The position numbers and the translations under genes are program-made. DNA of 64,000 nt from Pseudovirgaria hyperparasitica (Eukaryota), in assembly GCA_010093815.1 (NCBI GenBank), contig ML996567.1. One strand, given 5' to 3'. The notes beneath the pieces are model-generated. The model did not search any database. It was not told the origin of the DNA and worked only from the letters and a program-made list of their open reading frames with translations. Of the stretch, positions 25,163-35,971 are shown piece by piece (within the stretch, counting starts at the first letter, position 1; each line of letters starts with the position of its first letter).

Positions 25163-26397
25163 GATGATGCTTTGAGCTCTGTCCCTTTCCTAGGTGTAGA
25201 TAGTTGCAGTGGGAAAGGAGCTGGATCCGAGAAGACTGTGGCCCAGCTGGTTTTTATCATGCTTCTTTCCCTTGCAGACGCTGCTGCATCTGACGCGGAC
25301 GGCCAGGATGTGGCTTGCTTTAGGAGCAGCCAGCACAAGGCTGCCGCCGTGCGCTGATACACGAGGCAGTTCAGCCGCAGACTTCGGCCCCAGGTTGGCG
25401 GCCTGTGCACCGCATGTGTGCTCTAGGGGTCAGCGCCAGCATTCCCATCACAACCATACAAATGCATCACAATCTTTGGCAATGCAGGAAGACAATTGCA
25501 CAAGCTTCTCATCTTGCCTGCTCAAGCCTTGTATCCATGTACAGTTCTACGGCGAGTTCGTCGAAGCGCTCCTATCAGCTGCTGTCGCCCCCACGACCAC
25601 AACATGGTCTCAGAATCACGGCAGCGCGTGTGGCGTTGGGTTTTGGGGGCTGTATTCCGTATCCATCTTCTGCATCTGGAATGGATCGTACTTGTAGAAA
25701 TCGGTGGCGACAGGCTCGTCTGCGAATGATTTATCAGTGCGACGTGTTTGCCTACTCTAGGATATTGCGCGCACATCTCAAAGTCTGTCTGGAATTAAGG
25801 CTATAAATAGCGCCGACTTGTATTTGAGTGACACTATCTTCGATAATTAGGGAATGAATACTATCATACTCTGTTTAGAAGTGAGGATTAGATCACCTTC
25901 AGAGTACAAGTGTTCCATAACAGCTAGCTTTATAACTAGAATATCGCCTTACATACGAATACAGAATGTCTCTATAGAGAGCGGCATGGTAAGCACTAAT
26001 TAAAGTACTAATATTCTAATGCTTATTCTTTCTATAATTCAATGCGATATATGCTACGACACACCCGATCGTTTCATATCTGCTTAGTAGACTTATTCAA
26101 TTACGACTTCGCATCTCAGATTGTGAGGTTTCGATAGCGACTTCAAGAATACTGATTTCGAGGATTTCGGTGTGCAGCAGTGTCTCTGCTTCGCTTGCAA
26201 GGTAATGTACAGACGTCATCGATTGAATAACTAAAAGACTGCAAGGGCAGATGGCGGGCACGTAGTGAGGATAGAGCAGAGACTTGTGAGTTGGAATTGC
26301 ATCCCATTCGCAGACTAGCTGGCTGGTAATGGAGGCGTGGTAGACCTAAAGCCGTGATAAAGCCTTTATATAACCCTCGTTCGTTCCGCATTCCAGA

Positions 26398-27402
26398 TCA
26401 GAGCTTCTCACTGATCGTGTACGCTCTCGTCTCTTTCTCACACCAGTCCCAGAACTCGCTCGCAAGCCCCTTTCCACCCTCCTCCTTTCCCTTCGCCGCC
26501 TCTAGCACATCTGGCCTCAACTTCTCCGTCCCGATCTGGCCCCATGGCATCACATACACGCCGTTCCTCTCCAACCCAATATCCGGCGAGCACCCGGCGT
26601 AAAGCTCCGTCGCAGCGCCAAACTCCGCATGGTAGCACCCCATCAACAATATCGCCCTGCCTATCCACCCCATATGTCTCTGCAATTCCGACCTCAGGTT
26701 GCCCGGGTTGAAGCTCGCACTTACGATGCCCTCGCGTCCATACCTCCTCGCGAACTCACTACCCAGGAAGAAGTTCCCAGCCTTCGACATTCCGTAGTTG
26801 AGCCATGGGTTCGGGTCGATTTCCGGGCCGTCGGGTCCAAGCTGAACTCCGTATTTGGGCGTGGCGACCTGGACCCCGATGCTACCGGCCCAGGTTACGC
26901 GTACGGAGCCAGGTGGAGAGGTCTGCGCCGTGGAACGGAGGACAGGCAGAAGAGCGGTGCTGAGCAGGAACGGGCCAAGGCAGTTCGTGCCCATCTGCAG
27001 CTCGTGGCCTTGCGCGGTGACGGAGCCTGCGGCGGGCACCATGACGCCGGCATTGTTGTACAGGACGTCCAGTCTCGACTCCTTGGCCATGAAGGCGGCC
27101 GCGGCGGCGCTCACGGTGGGCAGGTCGGACAGGTCGAGCTGCAGGAAGTCCAGCTTGCCGGTTGAGGATGGTGCAGCATGTTGGATGTCTGTAAGGGCGG
27201 CATTGTATTTCTCGGAGCTGCGTCCGGCGATGTAGACGGTTGCATTGCGGGAGTAGAGGATGCGGGCGAGCTCTTTGCCCACGCCGGCGTAGCCGCCTGT
27301 GACGATGTGGACGCGGCCGGTTTGGTCGGGAAGAGTGTCGATGGTCAGGGGAGGGCTGGGGATGAAGAAGGATTGCGAGAGGATTGATGATGCTTGTCCC
27401 AT
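26398..27402 (-). CDS. Short-chain dehydrogenase/reductase (retinol-dehydrogenase-like)
   Basis: TGGYAGVG Rossmann motif, LYNNAGVM, YGMSK catalytic YxxxK, NPGNLRSEL. Confidence 0.92.
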   Translation of the reverse strand: MGQASSILSQSFFIPSPPLTIDTLPDQTGRVHIVTGGYAGVGKELARILYSRNATVYIAGRSSEKYNAALTDIQHAAPSSTGKLDFLQLDLSDLPTVSAAAAAFMAKESRLDVLYNNAGVMVPAAGSVTAQGHELQMGTNCLGPFLLSTALLPVLRSTAQTSPPGSVRVTWAGSIGVQVATPKYGVQLGPDGPEIDPNPWLNYGMSKAGNFFLGSEFARRYGREGIVSASFNPGNLRSELQRHMGWIGRAILLMGCYHAEFGAATELYAGCSPDIGLERNGVYVMPWGQIGTEKLRPDVLEAAKGKEEGGKGLASEFWDWCEKETRAYTISEKL

Positions 27403-27800
27403 GTTTTTTTGCGGCTCACGTGAGCTGTACGATGCTGCACGATATATGCTAGTGAGTCGAGATTAGGATAAGCCCCCTCGGAATAGCGAGAGTCCTCGGA
27501 AATCACACGACTTTCTTCGGGTAATCGTGAGATGGATGGCTTTTGATACTTCGACATGAAATCGTCCAGGAGGTGATTAATAAGGTCAGACTTGGACATG
27601 GATTGTTTATGCGTGGAAAGTTCGAGTCATTGCACTAGTCCGATTCCTATCAGCAAGGATCCACAGCGTCGCTTACATGGATCATCAGTTCCAGGGAATT
27701 GGCACAGAGTGAAGTGCATGTGTTTATAGCGTTATGGGTCGTATGGAATTGCTTGACTACGGGCATGGTTTTATTTCTGTTGCCTAACTATTGTGAAATT

Positions 27801-28814
27801 TTATTTCAAATGAGCTATGTTTGCCTCAACACTCTCTCTAAGAGGAATGAGTTTCTCCTGGCCAAAGTTCTTGCGTAGAATCTCCTCAGTACGTGGCTTC
27901 CGCAAAATAACACTTAGATCATTGCCTGGGTTCTCCAAGCGGTTGTTGAACTTATGATCAGGACGAAGCTCCTGCAGAATGTCGATGATAATGTTTTTGT
28001 TGAATGGGTCAGTGAACGCGAAGACCCGCTCATTCTGTATCTCAGGATCGATCAAAGCGGCGACATGTAGCCGTGCACAATCTCGGACATCAACGTGATA
28101 CTGTGGAGCTGGAGTGTCCATTGCTGTACCTCCATTGTACGTGTCTGGAACCCAATTGCCAGTGCTCGCAGGCTGGTTGTCAGGGTCGATGATTGGGCCC
28201 ATGTTTGTATTTGGCAGTACGGAATTGGCAACGAAATGAGGCTTCTTCTCCTTTACAAACTTCCATAGCGCCTGCTCGGCTTGAGTCTTGCTCGCACCAT
28301 ATACATCCCAGGCTCGATCTTCCTTAATAGGACCTGGCGCCCACGCACGCTCGACGCACTCTTCGTTCCAGGTGTTCTCGTCGATATCGAACTTGACATT
28401 TGGCTTCGGATTTGTTGCTGCCGTGGACGAGCTAGTGTAAACTAAGCGCTTCACACTGGGCTCAGCGGCCGTAGATTCGAGAACATGTTCGATTCCAGCA
28501 ATGACAACCGGAATGACCTTTTGCGGATCTGGGTCGAAGGTCAAGATGCTTGCCATGTGGACGACTCCAGAGACTCCTTTGACGGCATTATCGAATGCAC
28601 CCTTCACAGACATATCTGGCACAACGGCAATCTCGAGTGATCCAGGGCCGTATTTCTTGTTGAAATGATCCAGCAACCATTTGCCCTTATCCTCTGAGCG
28701 GACTGTTCCCCGCACTTTGAAGCCTGCGATGAGAAGCTGGTCAACGGTATGACTCGCGATGAATCCATTAGCACCTGTCACTAGGACGAGGGAGCCTTTC
28801 GAAATTGCGGACAT
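27801..28814 (-). CDS. Extended SDR, aldehyde reductase II / dihydroflavonol-reductase-like
   Basis: VLVTGANGFIASH, VRGTVRS, VVHMAS, YTSSSTA, YGASKTQAE, VDVRDCARLHV. Start taken at MSAISKG. Confidence 0.92.
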   Translation of the reverse strand: MSAISKGSLVLVTGANGFIASHTVDQLLIAGFKVRGTVRSEDKGKWLLDHFNKKYGPGSLEIAVVPDMSVKGAFDNAVKGVSGVVHMASILTFDPDPQKVIPVVIAGIEHVLESTAAEPSVKRLVYTSSSTAATNPKPNVKFDIDENTWNEECVERAWAPGPIKEDRAWDVYGASKTQAEQALWKFVKEKKPHFVANSVLPNTNMGPIIDPDNQPASTGNWVPDTYNGGTAMDTPAPQYHVDVRDCARLHVAALIDPEIQNERVFAFTDPFNKNIIIDILQELRPDHKFNNRLENPGNDLSVILRKPRTEEILRKNFGQEKLIPLRESVEANIAHLK

Positions 28815-29123
28815 GATGGACGGAAATTTGGTAATGATCAAGGTGAATGAAACAAAGAAGCCCGTACCATATGTTGTAAACGAAAGCTTTTGTAGTGGAC
28901 CAAGTGAAGGGTTGTGTTGGCTTTGTAAGCTGGCTGCATCGATAGGTGCTCGGTTCGATGCGCCTCAATTGTACCACTTGTAGTTTTGAGCAATTTCATG
29001 CACGATAAACAATCCGTCATGAAGACCGAGGTGTGTTACAAAGAAATGATGACATATCCATACGTCTATCGGGACCCCACTTACCGAAGAGCACCTAAGT
29101 GGTTCCTCGTTCATGCTTATACA

Positions 29124-29563
29124 CAGACGTGAGCATATACAATCGGATACAATCCGAAGTACTAGATTAGGATTGTATGATTAGTCACCCTAAAAGTACA
29201 GATTGAGCTTGGAATCTATGCTAAGGGATTGAGATTGCTTGTGTTAGATTGATTAAAGTGGGTGTATAGCCGGGGCCCTATATTGGGCTATATTCAGGCA
29301 TTATTTATGCCTAAGGCTGCCATATTAGTGCCTTAGGCTAGACTTTGGGCCTTAGGTAGAAATAATGCCTGAATATGGCCTAATATTAGGCCCGCAGCTA
29401 TTTACCCCACTTTATTCAATCTAACACAATCAATCTGACCAATCAGATTAAGATTGTACCGTCTTGGCAATCATTTTGAGTCGTAGATTGAGCTTGTATT
29501 CTCTATCAAAATTTTGGCCCAGATTGAGATTGCATAGATTCGGATTGTATATGCTCACGTCTG
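29124..29563. mobile_element. Non-autonomous hAT-type DNA transposon (MITE), 440 bp
   Basis: Perfect 21-bp TIRs CAGACGTGAGCATATACAATC (29124-29144 and reverse complement 29543-29563); 8-bp TSD CTTATACA (29116-29123, 29564-29571); no ORF; many GATTG/CAATC subterminal motifs. Confidence 0.93.
29232..29436. repeat. Internal imperfect inverted repeat (~86-bp arms) within the MITE
   Basis: agattgcttgtgttagattgattaaagtggg...attcaggcattatt...cctaaggc pairs with gccttagg...aataatgcctgaat...cccactttattcaatctaacacaatcaatct. Confidence 0.9.
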
Positions 29564-29679
29564 CTTATACACTAGCAACACAAGGATTAGTTTAGTGGGA
29601 ACTCATGAGTGGGCCGAATAGAAATATTCAACATAGATCCTTTACTGGTCCAGTTACACGCAGATTATGATATTATGAA

Positions 29680-30912
29680 TCAATTATAGTACAACACATT
29701 GCCTTCGAACAGACGCCTCGCTGTTCGCGACACTGTGCACTGGACAACATGTGAACTGCTCTCCAGGAGTAGGACATCAGCGTCAACAGAAATTGAGCCG
29801 CCGGGATGCTTGACTGTGACAGCGCGAGTTTTGCCACTTGTGGCGGGCGCTTTACAGTACATAGTCTCTGCGTTGTTGGGACTCGGTGTACGTTCCGGTG
29901 TTGGTAGAGCCTCAGAGGTTGATAGCAGGTTTGGCACGGTGCCATCTATGCAGACGGCCGCACCAAGACACACTGCTCCTGTAAGTTGTAGACTTGGGTG
30001 CGGTTTTCCCATGCTGAAAGATTGGACCTGAATATCCATACCAGGACTTGAAGAAGGCCACACAATCGCGATCTTGGGCGTGCCTCGCCTGGCAGCGGCT
30101 TCTTCTTGATTATTGGCCATGTTCATCTTGATGGCACCAGCCCTGCGAATGCATTCGACCGTGTCCACGTAAAGTTGGTCTTGCGGCATTGCTGCTGACA
30201 ACCAAGTTGGGAGAGTAAAAGCGTTGACAAATACAAAGGGGTTTGCAGCATCGACTAAAGTAGCTTGTACGGTGAATGGAGTGTCAAAGGTCGATACGGT
30301 AAGCTCCTCAACCCGATTACCGCTGGGAAACAATGCCCCTGTGACGCTTCCTGCAGGATCAACAAATGCGACGTGGACTTGACGGCCACTATCAACCACC
30401 CCAGCCATGTCATATAAGCCATCCTCTTCGAAATGGTCGTTCTCATCAACATCCACGGTCTCGACCATGATTCGAGAAGTGTTCGTGTTGAAAATCCTGA
30501 CTTCGACCTGGCGAACACCTGGATCTGCTATCACCAATCGTTCATCCAAGGCAAAAGGGCCCACGCCGCTGGCCATGTTCCCACAATTGCCACTGAAATC
30601 AACAGTCTCCATTCCAACAGAGACTTGAGCAAAGGTATACTCCACATCAGCATCAGAGCGCTGGGAAGGACTAATGATCGCGACCTTCGAAGTTGTTGAT
30701 GTCGCACCCCCGACGCCGTCAATCTGACGAGGCTCGTTGTTCTTTGAGCCCATTGCTGCCAGTAGAGGCCTGACCCATTGATCTTGTGATGCTGGTAGAT
30801 CCTTTCTGTGTATAAAAAGTCCCTTCGAAGTCCCGGCCCGCATCAGAACGGCGGGCAGGACGTGTCGAACTCTTTTTCGTTTGAGTGTCGTTTCTTGCAT
30901 GTGGACACCCAT
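29680..30912 (-). CDS. PrpF-family (DUF453) isomerase; aconitate/methylaconitate isomerase-like
   Basis: MRAGTSKGLF, RQIDGVGGATSTTSKVAII, catalytic GNCGN, RIFNTNT, VDAANPFVFV, MGKPH, HPGG, RTARRLFEG. Start may be 30900. Confidence 0.92.
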   Translation of the reverse strand: MGVHMQETTLKRKRVRHVLPAVLMRAGTSKGLFIHRKDLPASQDQWVRPLLAAMGSKNNEPRQIDGVGGATSTTSKVAIISPSQRSDADVEYTFAQVSVGMETVDFSGNCGNMASGVGPFALDERLVIADPGVRQVEVRIFNTNTSRIMVETVDVDENDHFEEDGLYDMAGVVDSGRQVHVAFVDPAGSVTGALFPSGNRVEELTVSTFDTPFTVQATLVDAANPFVFVNAFTLPTWLSAAMPQDQLYVDTVECIRRAGAIKMNMANNQEEAAARRGTPKIAIVWPSSSPGMDIQVQSFSMGKPHPSLQLTGAVCLGAAVCIDGTVPNLLSTSEALPTPERTPSPNNAETMYCKAPATSGKTRAVTVKHPGGSISVDADVLLLESSSHVVQCTVSRTARRLFEGNVLYYN

Positions 30913-31212
30913 ATTGATCTTTGTTACTGTAATGCCCTGGGTTTGATGAAGTGTTCCGGTAGTGCGTGGCTGTGGTGATGAGATAGCTTGACCACGCAGC
31001 GAGACATATGTTCGGCACGACGTGGCCTATTGTACTAGAGTCCATCTTCTTATGATGTTATTGCGTACGACGGGTGCAGTGATCAGGTCTGCAATCCCGC
31101 GGCTACTACATCCTGTCAAAGTCCAAAAAGAGGCATCACGACGATCTTGTTACTGACATGAAGCGCGACTTCAGTGAGGGAAGTGTATGTGGTGAGTACA
31201 CACTGAGTGATC

Positions 31213-31225
31213 TGTACCCGCGGGA
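31213..31225 (+). promoter_or_regulatory. Putative cluster regulator site TGTACCCGCGGGA (prpF/TF divergent promoter)
   Basis: Identical 13-mer at 35711-35723; inverted TGTACCCGC cores at 31614-31622 and 35555-35563. Confidence 0.6.
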
Positions 31226-31763
31226 AGTTTGCCATCTGCTACATTAGGTAATAATAGTGACCACTGAGTAATCAAAGTCGGCGTCACTTTGGTCACTCAA
31301 ACAGTACTAGCCCGATTCTCCTGACGCCTGAACCACTTTGCGACCCCAAAGTGAAGAGTTGATAACGCATCGTTTCTGAAATTCTCAGCGTTGAAGAAAT
31401 AACGCCAATAGACCGCTCAGCATAATATGCTCCTCGCTATATGTTGATTGTTGAATAGTTCATCTTTCGTTCTCGCTGGTTGGCCTAGCATGGATGCGTG
31501 TGAGCCGGGCAGCGCTAAGGAAGGTCTCTATACCACCCAGGGCTTACGTCTCATCTCACTAATCCACTACTCAATAACACATGTGCCGTCTATATGGGGC
31601 GGCTGCCGAAGAAGCGGGTACATGGCCTACTTAACAAGGTTCAGTTCCCGCGGCCAGCACCACTTGTACGATTGACTACACCCATCACTGCCATGCTCCG
31701 TCACCTACCCGTCTCGAATCAGTTCACAGAGGATCCGACCGAGAAGGCGTCGGACGTATAGTC

Positions 31764-34077
31764 ATGCCTACTCGAGAGTCGCTTACAGCCAATGGAAAGC
31801 CCAGAAAGCGTGCTACCGAAGCTTGTACTACATGCCGCCGCAGAAAGATCAAATGCGATGGGGCCCAGCCCAATTGCGTCAATTGCAAAACTTTCAATCG
31901 GATATGCTCGTACGAGCCGATCGAAGAAGAAGTCCGCCGCCAGCAAAAGCCGAGGAAACGTGTTCGGCGTGGAACGACATCGGATGCATCGCCTACAAGC
32001 AGCCTAATCGGAAATGAAGGCGATCAACAAACAACTGTTCCTGCCAGAGGTAAGCGAGTGATTCGGGTTGTCGTGTGGCTCCATGTTCCGGATCTTTCTG
32101 CCTTTGTAGTTCAGTATTCTAGCGGCCTACACATAATATACCAGTTGAGCCCGGTAGGGCCTCTAGCATATGCCGAATCAGCCGAGCTAATATTTAGGAT
32201 CAGACACCCAAAGAAATGTTTCTACGATAGTCTTCTCCGCAAACGGAACTTCAAGCTACCATGGGCAAACGAGCGCTCTTTTTGAAGAGCTGCATTCTGA
32301 GCCTTTACTGCAAGCAAGACCGATACCCAGGATATCTGAGGCCTGGGCCGAAAAGGGCCTTGTCGCAGAAGCGGCTAAACAAAGACAGATGGAAGACGTG
32401 AACTTTGCCGCAGGAACCCTTGATTTCGATGGAGTTGATCCTGATCTCGGCATGCATCTCCTTTCTCTGCATTGGAATCGTCAACATCACTCATTCTTGA
32501 TTACGTATAGACCTGTGTTCATGAGAGATATGGCCTGCCAGGGGCCTTACTTCTCAAGGATTCTATTGAACGCCATCTACTTTGGAGCAGCAAAGTTTAG
32601 TCCTCGCCTAGAAGTTCGGAAGGACCCGAATGATGTTAGGACTGCTGGGTGGCAGTTCAGAGAGCGTGTTCGAGAACTTCTAGGGAGCGCACTAGACAAA
32701 AGTGAGATTACTACCATTCAGGCTCTCCTAGTCATGACAAACTCCCTATTCGCTCTTGGCGACGAACGAAGCGCAGCTTGGCTGTACGCTGGACTTGCAT
32801 TTCGGATGATCATCGATCTAGGCATGCATGTTGACGCGCCGGACATCTTGTCTGTTCGCAAACTTTCAGAAGAAGATATCGAAGTACGTCGTCGAGTCTT
32901 CTGGGGAGCGTTTGTTGTCGACAAGATCCAGTCGCTGTACCATGGCCGACCAGTGACTTTTCAAGGGCAAGACGCTAGAGTCCCCATAAAGTTCCTAGAC
33001 ACATTTGAGGAGCTGGAGAGGTGGAAGCCTTTTGCTTATACTCCACAAATCGAACAATATGGCGGTTGTCCTGCGTTTAGCGTATCGACCTTTAGCCATT
33101 TGTGCAAGCTTTCTGTCATTCTGGGGGACATTCTTACATCGATTTATGCTGAAAACAGCTCAGAAAGAACTCCAGACGAGCTATCCAGGCTTTTAGAGGA
33201 GCTGAATGGAAAGCTGGTCCAATGGCGCAATTCAATTCCGAAGCACATGGAATTCGATCATACTAAGCCGACGCTCTCAGATCCGCCGCCACATATTTTC
33301 TCTTTACTCATCATGCACCAAGTATTGGTGATCCTACTACATCGTCCCTTTGTCGCTGATGGCCACCTCTATCGCAATGCACGATCAGTTCCTGCCAATG
33401 CGTTTGCGGCGTGCGCAACAGCAGCCACTCAGATCGTACATCTTTTACGAGCCTACGACAAAGCCTTTTCGATCCGCAAAGCCCCGTATCTCATCTCATA
33501 TGCTTGCTACGTTAGTGCTACTATACATGCGCGGATTGTGGCGCAACGTGGCCGCTTATCTGAGGCATATTCTTCTGTTGAGACTTGTCTCGCTGTCTTC
33601 GAAGAGAACCAAGAGACTAACTGGGCTGTCAAGCGAGCCAATATCATCATCCAGAATCTACTCAAGAAGCTGGGTTCTACTTTGCCCCAGAGACCATGGA
33701 AGATCTCCAGTAATGCGAACATACCTAACTCCAGTGGCGATACTGACCCACCTCCTGCGACGGCGCCGTTATCACTTGCCGACTCCTCTGCCGTTGAGCA
33801 GCCGTCCCCAACGTCGAGTCTGGACTTGGACGCAATCATACAGAGTTTTGCCCCTGACCAGGATCTATCTCAGTCTGAGTTTACAATCCGCACCGATCAT
33901 CCGATTTCTGGAGATTTCTATCCACCACAAGGGCAGTCTGGTTCATACAACTCCGCGTATCCATTGCAGATGGCCTACAATCCATATAACTCTGATCCTA
34001 ACATTGACGATCTCTTGTTCGGGTTCAACAGCTCTACTCTCGACAATTTCTCCTTCCCAGACTGGACAGGTACATGA
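31764..34077 (+). CDS. Zn(II)2Cys6 transcription factor with fungal-specific TF middle homology domain
   Basis: ACTTCRRRKIKCDGAQPNCVNC...C; intron 32050-32197 (GTAAGC..GCTAAT..TAG) joins in frame; TTIQALL, AWLYAGLAFRMIIDLGMH, EVRRRVFWGAFVVDK, ILLHRPF. Confidence 0.92.
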
Positions 34078-34393
34078 TGCCAAAATAGCGTCGGAAACTT
34101 GTCTTTCAGTCAAAAGGAATCTACTTTCAGCGTGAACACGGAATATGGAAGATATGATGGATTGACATATAGGACTAAAAGACCAATAGCATTGGCGATA
34201 TCTCTTGGGTGCTTTGTCCGAAATTCATTCGTCTGAAGCATCGCACCTTTCAGGCAGGTACTAGGTCTTGATGGATATTGGTCAACCATCTAGCTCCTCA
34301 TTGCGGTGTTACAAGTGGAATGCTTAGCAAAAGCACCTACCCAGCCGAACACTGAACACAACTTCCTCGTAACATTCCATAATGTGATATCTC

Positions 34394-35436
34394 CTACATC
34401 AACACAGTCTCTGTCCTTGCATACATCAAGGCAGCTGTAATCTTCTCATACACTGTGAAGACAATACCACCACTAAACACCAATCTCCCGAGCCTCATCG
34501 TGCTGCCAGACCAGAACCCTCGGATACCAGAAGAGGACAGAATATCTCTCACTGCCTGAACAGTAGTCGCTCCTTGAGTACTCTGCGTACGAGTCTTGGT
34601 TGCATCGAACGGCTGCGTCGCGTAGACGGTCACAACACCTGCCGCAGCACCAACTCCAAAAGTCGTCACGCTATTCTGCGGCAGACTCAAGTTGACAGCA
34701 AAGTCTTTGAGGACGTTGTACGAACCCATGCGTACAGCTGACGTTGATCCTTGCTTCAAGGTCGTTGAAAAGAGACCTCGATATAGACCGCGGACGCCGT
34801 TCTCTCGGACGATTATGCCAATGGCATGGAAGCCTCCTCGAAATCTTCTGGCGCCCTTTGCGTCGTCAATTCTGGTCTACTCATCAGCCACAGCACAAGC
34901 AGTAATGGTCCTGATGTTCTTACAGCGCCGTCTTCACGCGTTCCGTCGGCGTCACAGCAATAACACTCTCAACACATCCTGCCACCATACCGGCAAAAAT
35001 CCCTCGCATCGGAGACAACTTCCCCTTTTCATCCACGAGCGTATTTCGTATCGAATCGAAGCCGAGAAATCGCACTCCGGCCTTGAATGCAGTGCCAATA
35101 ATCAGCGTCGAGCATCCTGTGTATACAGCCCCTGATATCGTAAGCCACGTCCGTCTTTGTGAACTATAGTAGTAGACTTACCTATGCCCTCCGTCCGTGC
35201 GACTTGCGTGATGATTTTGAAGGGGTTTCGCGAGCCGGACTGGCCGTGTAGCTGCACTCTGGTCTTCGCGAACTCGAATGGATACTGTAGCATCACGAGA
35301 TTAGCTTCAGGCTGGTATTACTGTCAGAGTGTGGACAGCGACTTACTGTGGCTGTGGCTTCGACAGCACCCGCAATGCTCCCGGCGAATAGGGACACGCC
35401 AGGCGTTGGTTTCTGTTTCTGTGTATCTGCACGCAT
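34394..35436 (-). CDS. Mitochondrial tricarboxylate carrier (Ctp1/Mtt-like SLC25 family)
   Basis: Exons 35436-35347, 35284-35182, 35131-34924, 34871-34394 give AGSIAGAVEATATYPFEFAKTRVQL, FKAGVRF, VTPTERVKTALIDD, KQGSTSAVRMGSY, QPFDATKTRTQ, RLGRLVFSGGIVFTVYE; three carrier signature repeats. Confidence 0.9.
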
Positions 35437-35710
35437 GCTGTCTATTTCTCCATGATCTATCCTCTATGCAGGCTGGAAATGATGTGTAGCTCTATGCAGA
35501 ATGCTTTATAATAGACTGCCTTGGGCTTGCGTTGCTTACACTGCTAGAATTATTGCGGGTACATTCGTCTGCCTGTTTTCGATAGGATTAGGACTACGTA
35601 GATATACATCCGGCCTTTTACTTCCGTCGCACATCCGCGTTCTACTAGGTTCCGGGTAGATCCCGAGGCATGCTACTAGTTACTAAGTGAGTAGTGTGTA
35701 CACGTGTGTA

Positions 35711-35723
35711 TGTACCCGCGGGA
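35711..35723 (+). promoter_or_regulatory. Putative cluster regulator site TGTACCCGCGGGA (carrier/MFS divergent promoter)
   Basis: Identical to 31213-31225. Confidence 0.6.
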
Positions 35724-35971
35724 CATGACTATACGGGGGCGGGATCAACGACCCGATTCAGACGACCCGCCTCCACATCGTAATTACCCCAGATCAGACA
35801 CTACATACGACCAGACATACCAAGACGCTTGCAACATGGCTGATGTTGGTTTAATTATAAAGCTTGTCACTACGACCTCGCCGTGAAAAAACAAGACCTG
35901 CAAGCCAAGACGCTGTCGAGTCGTCTGTATTGGTGACCGCAACCCGTCAGAAGTGGCATTCATTTCCCAAA

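Noticed and set aside
19020..28814. P450 plus two reductases as a secondary-metabolite cluster
   Set aside because: No PKS, NRPS, terpene synthase or other backbone gene in the window, and a calpain interrupts the set.
32110..32153. Possible cassette exon inside the 148-nt TF intron
   Set aside because: 44 nt would frameshift away from the TF domain, and the donor (GTAGGG) is weak. The single-intron model is simpler.
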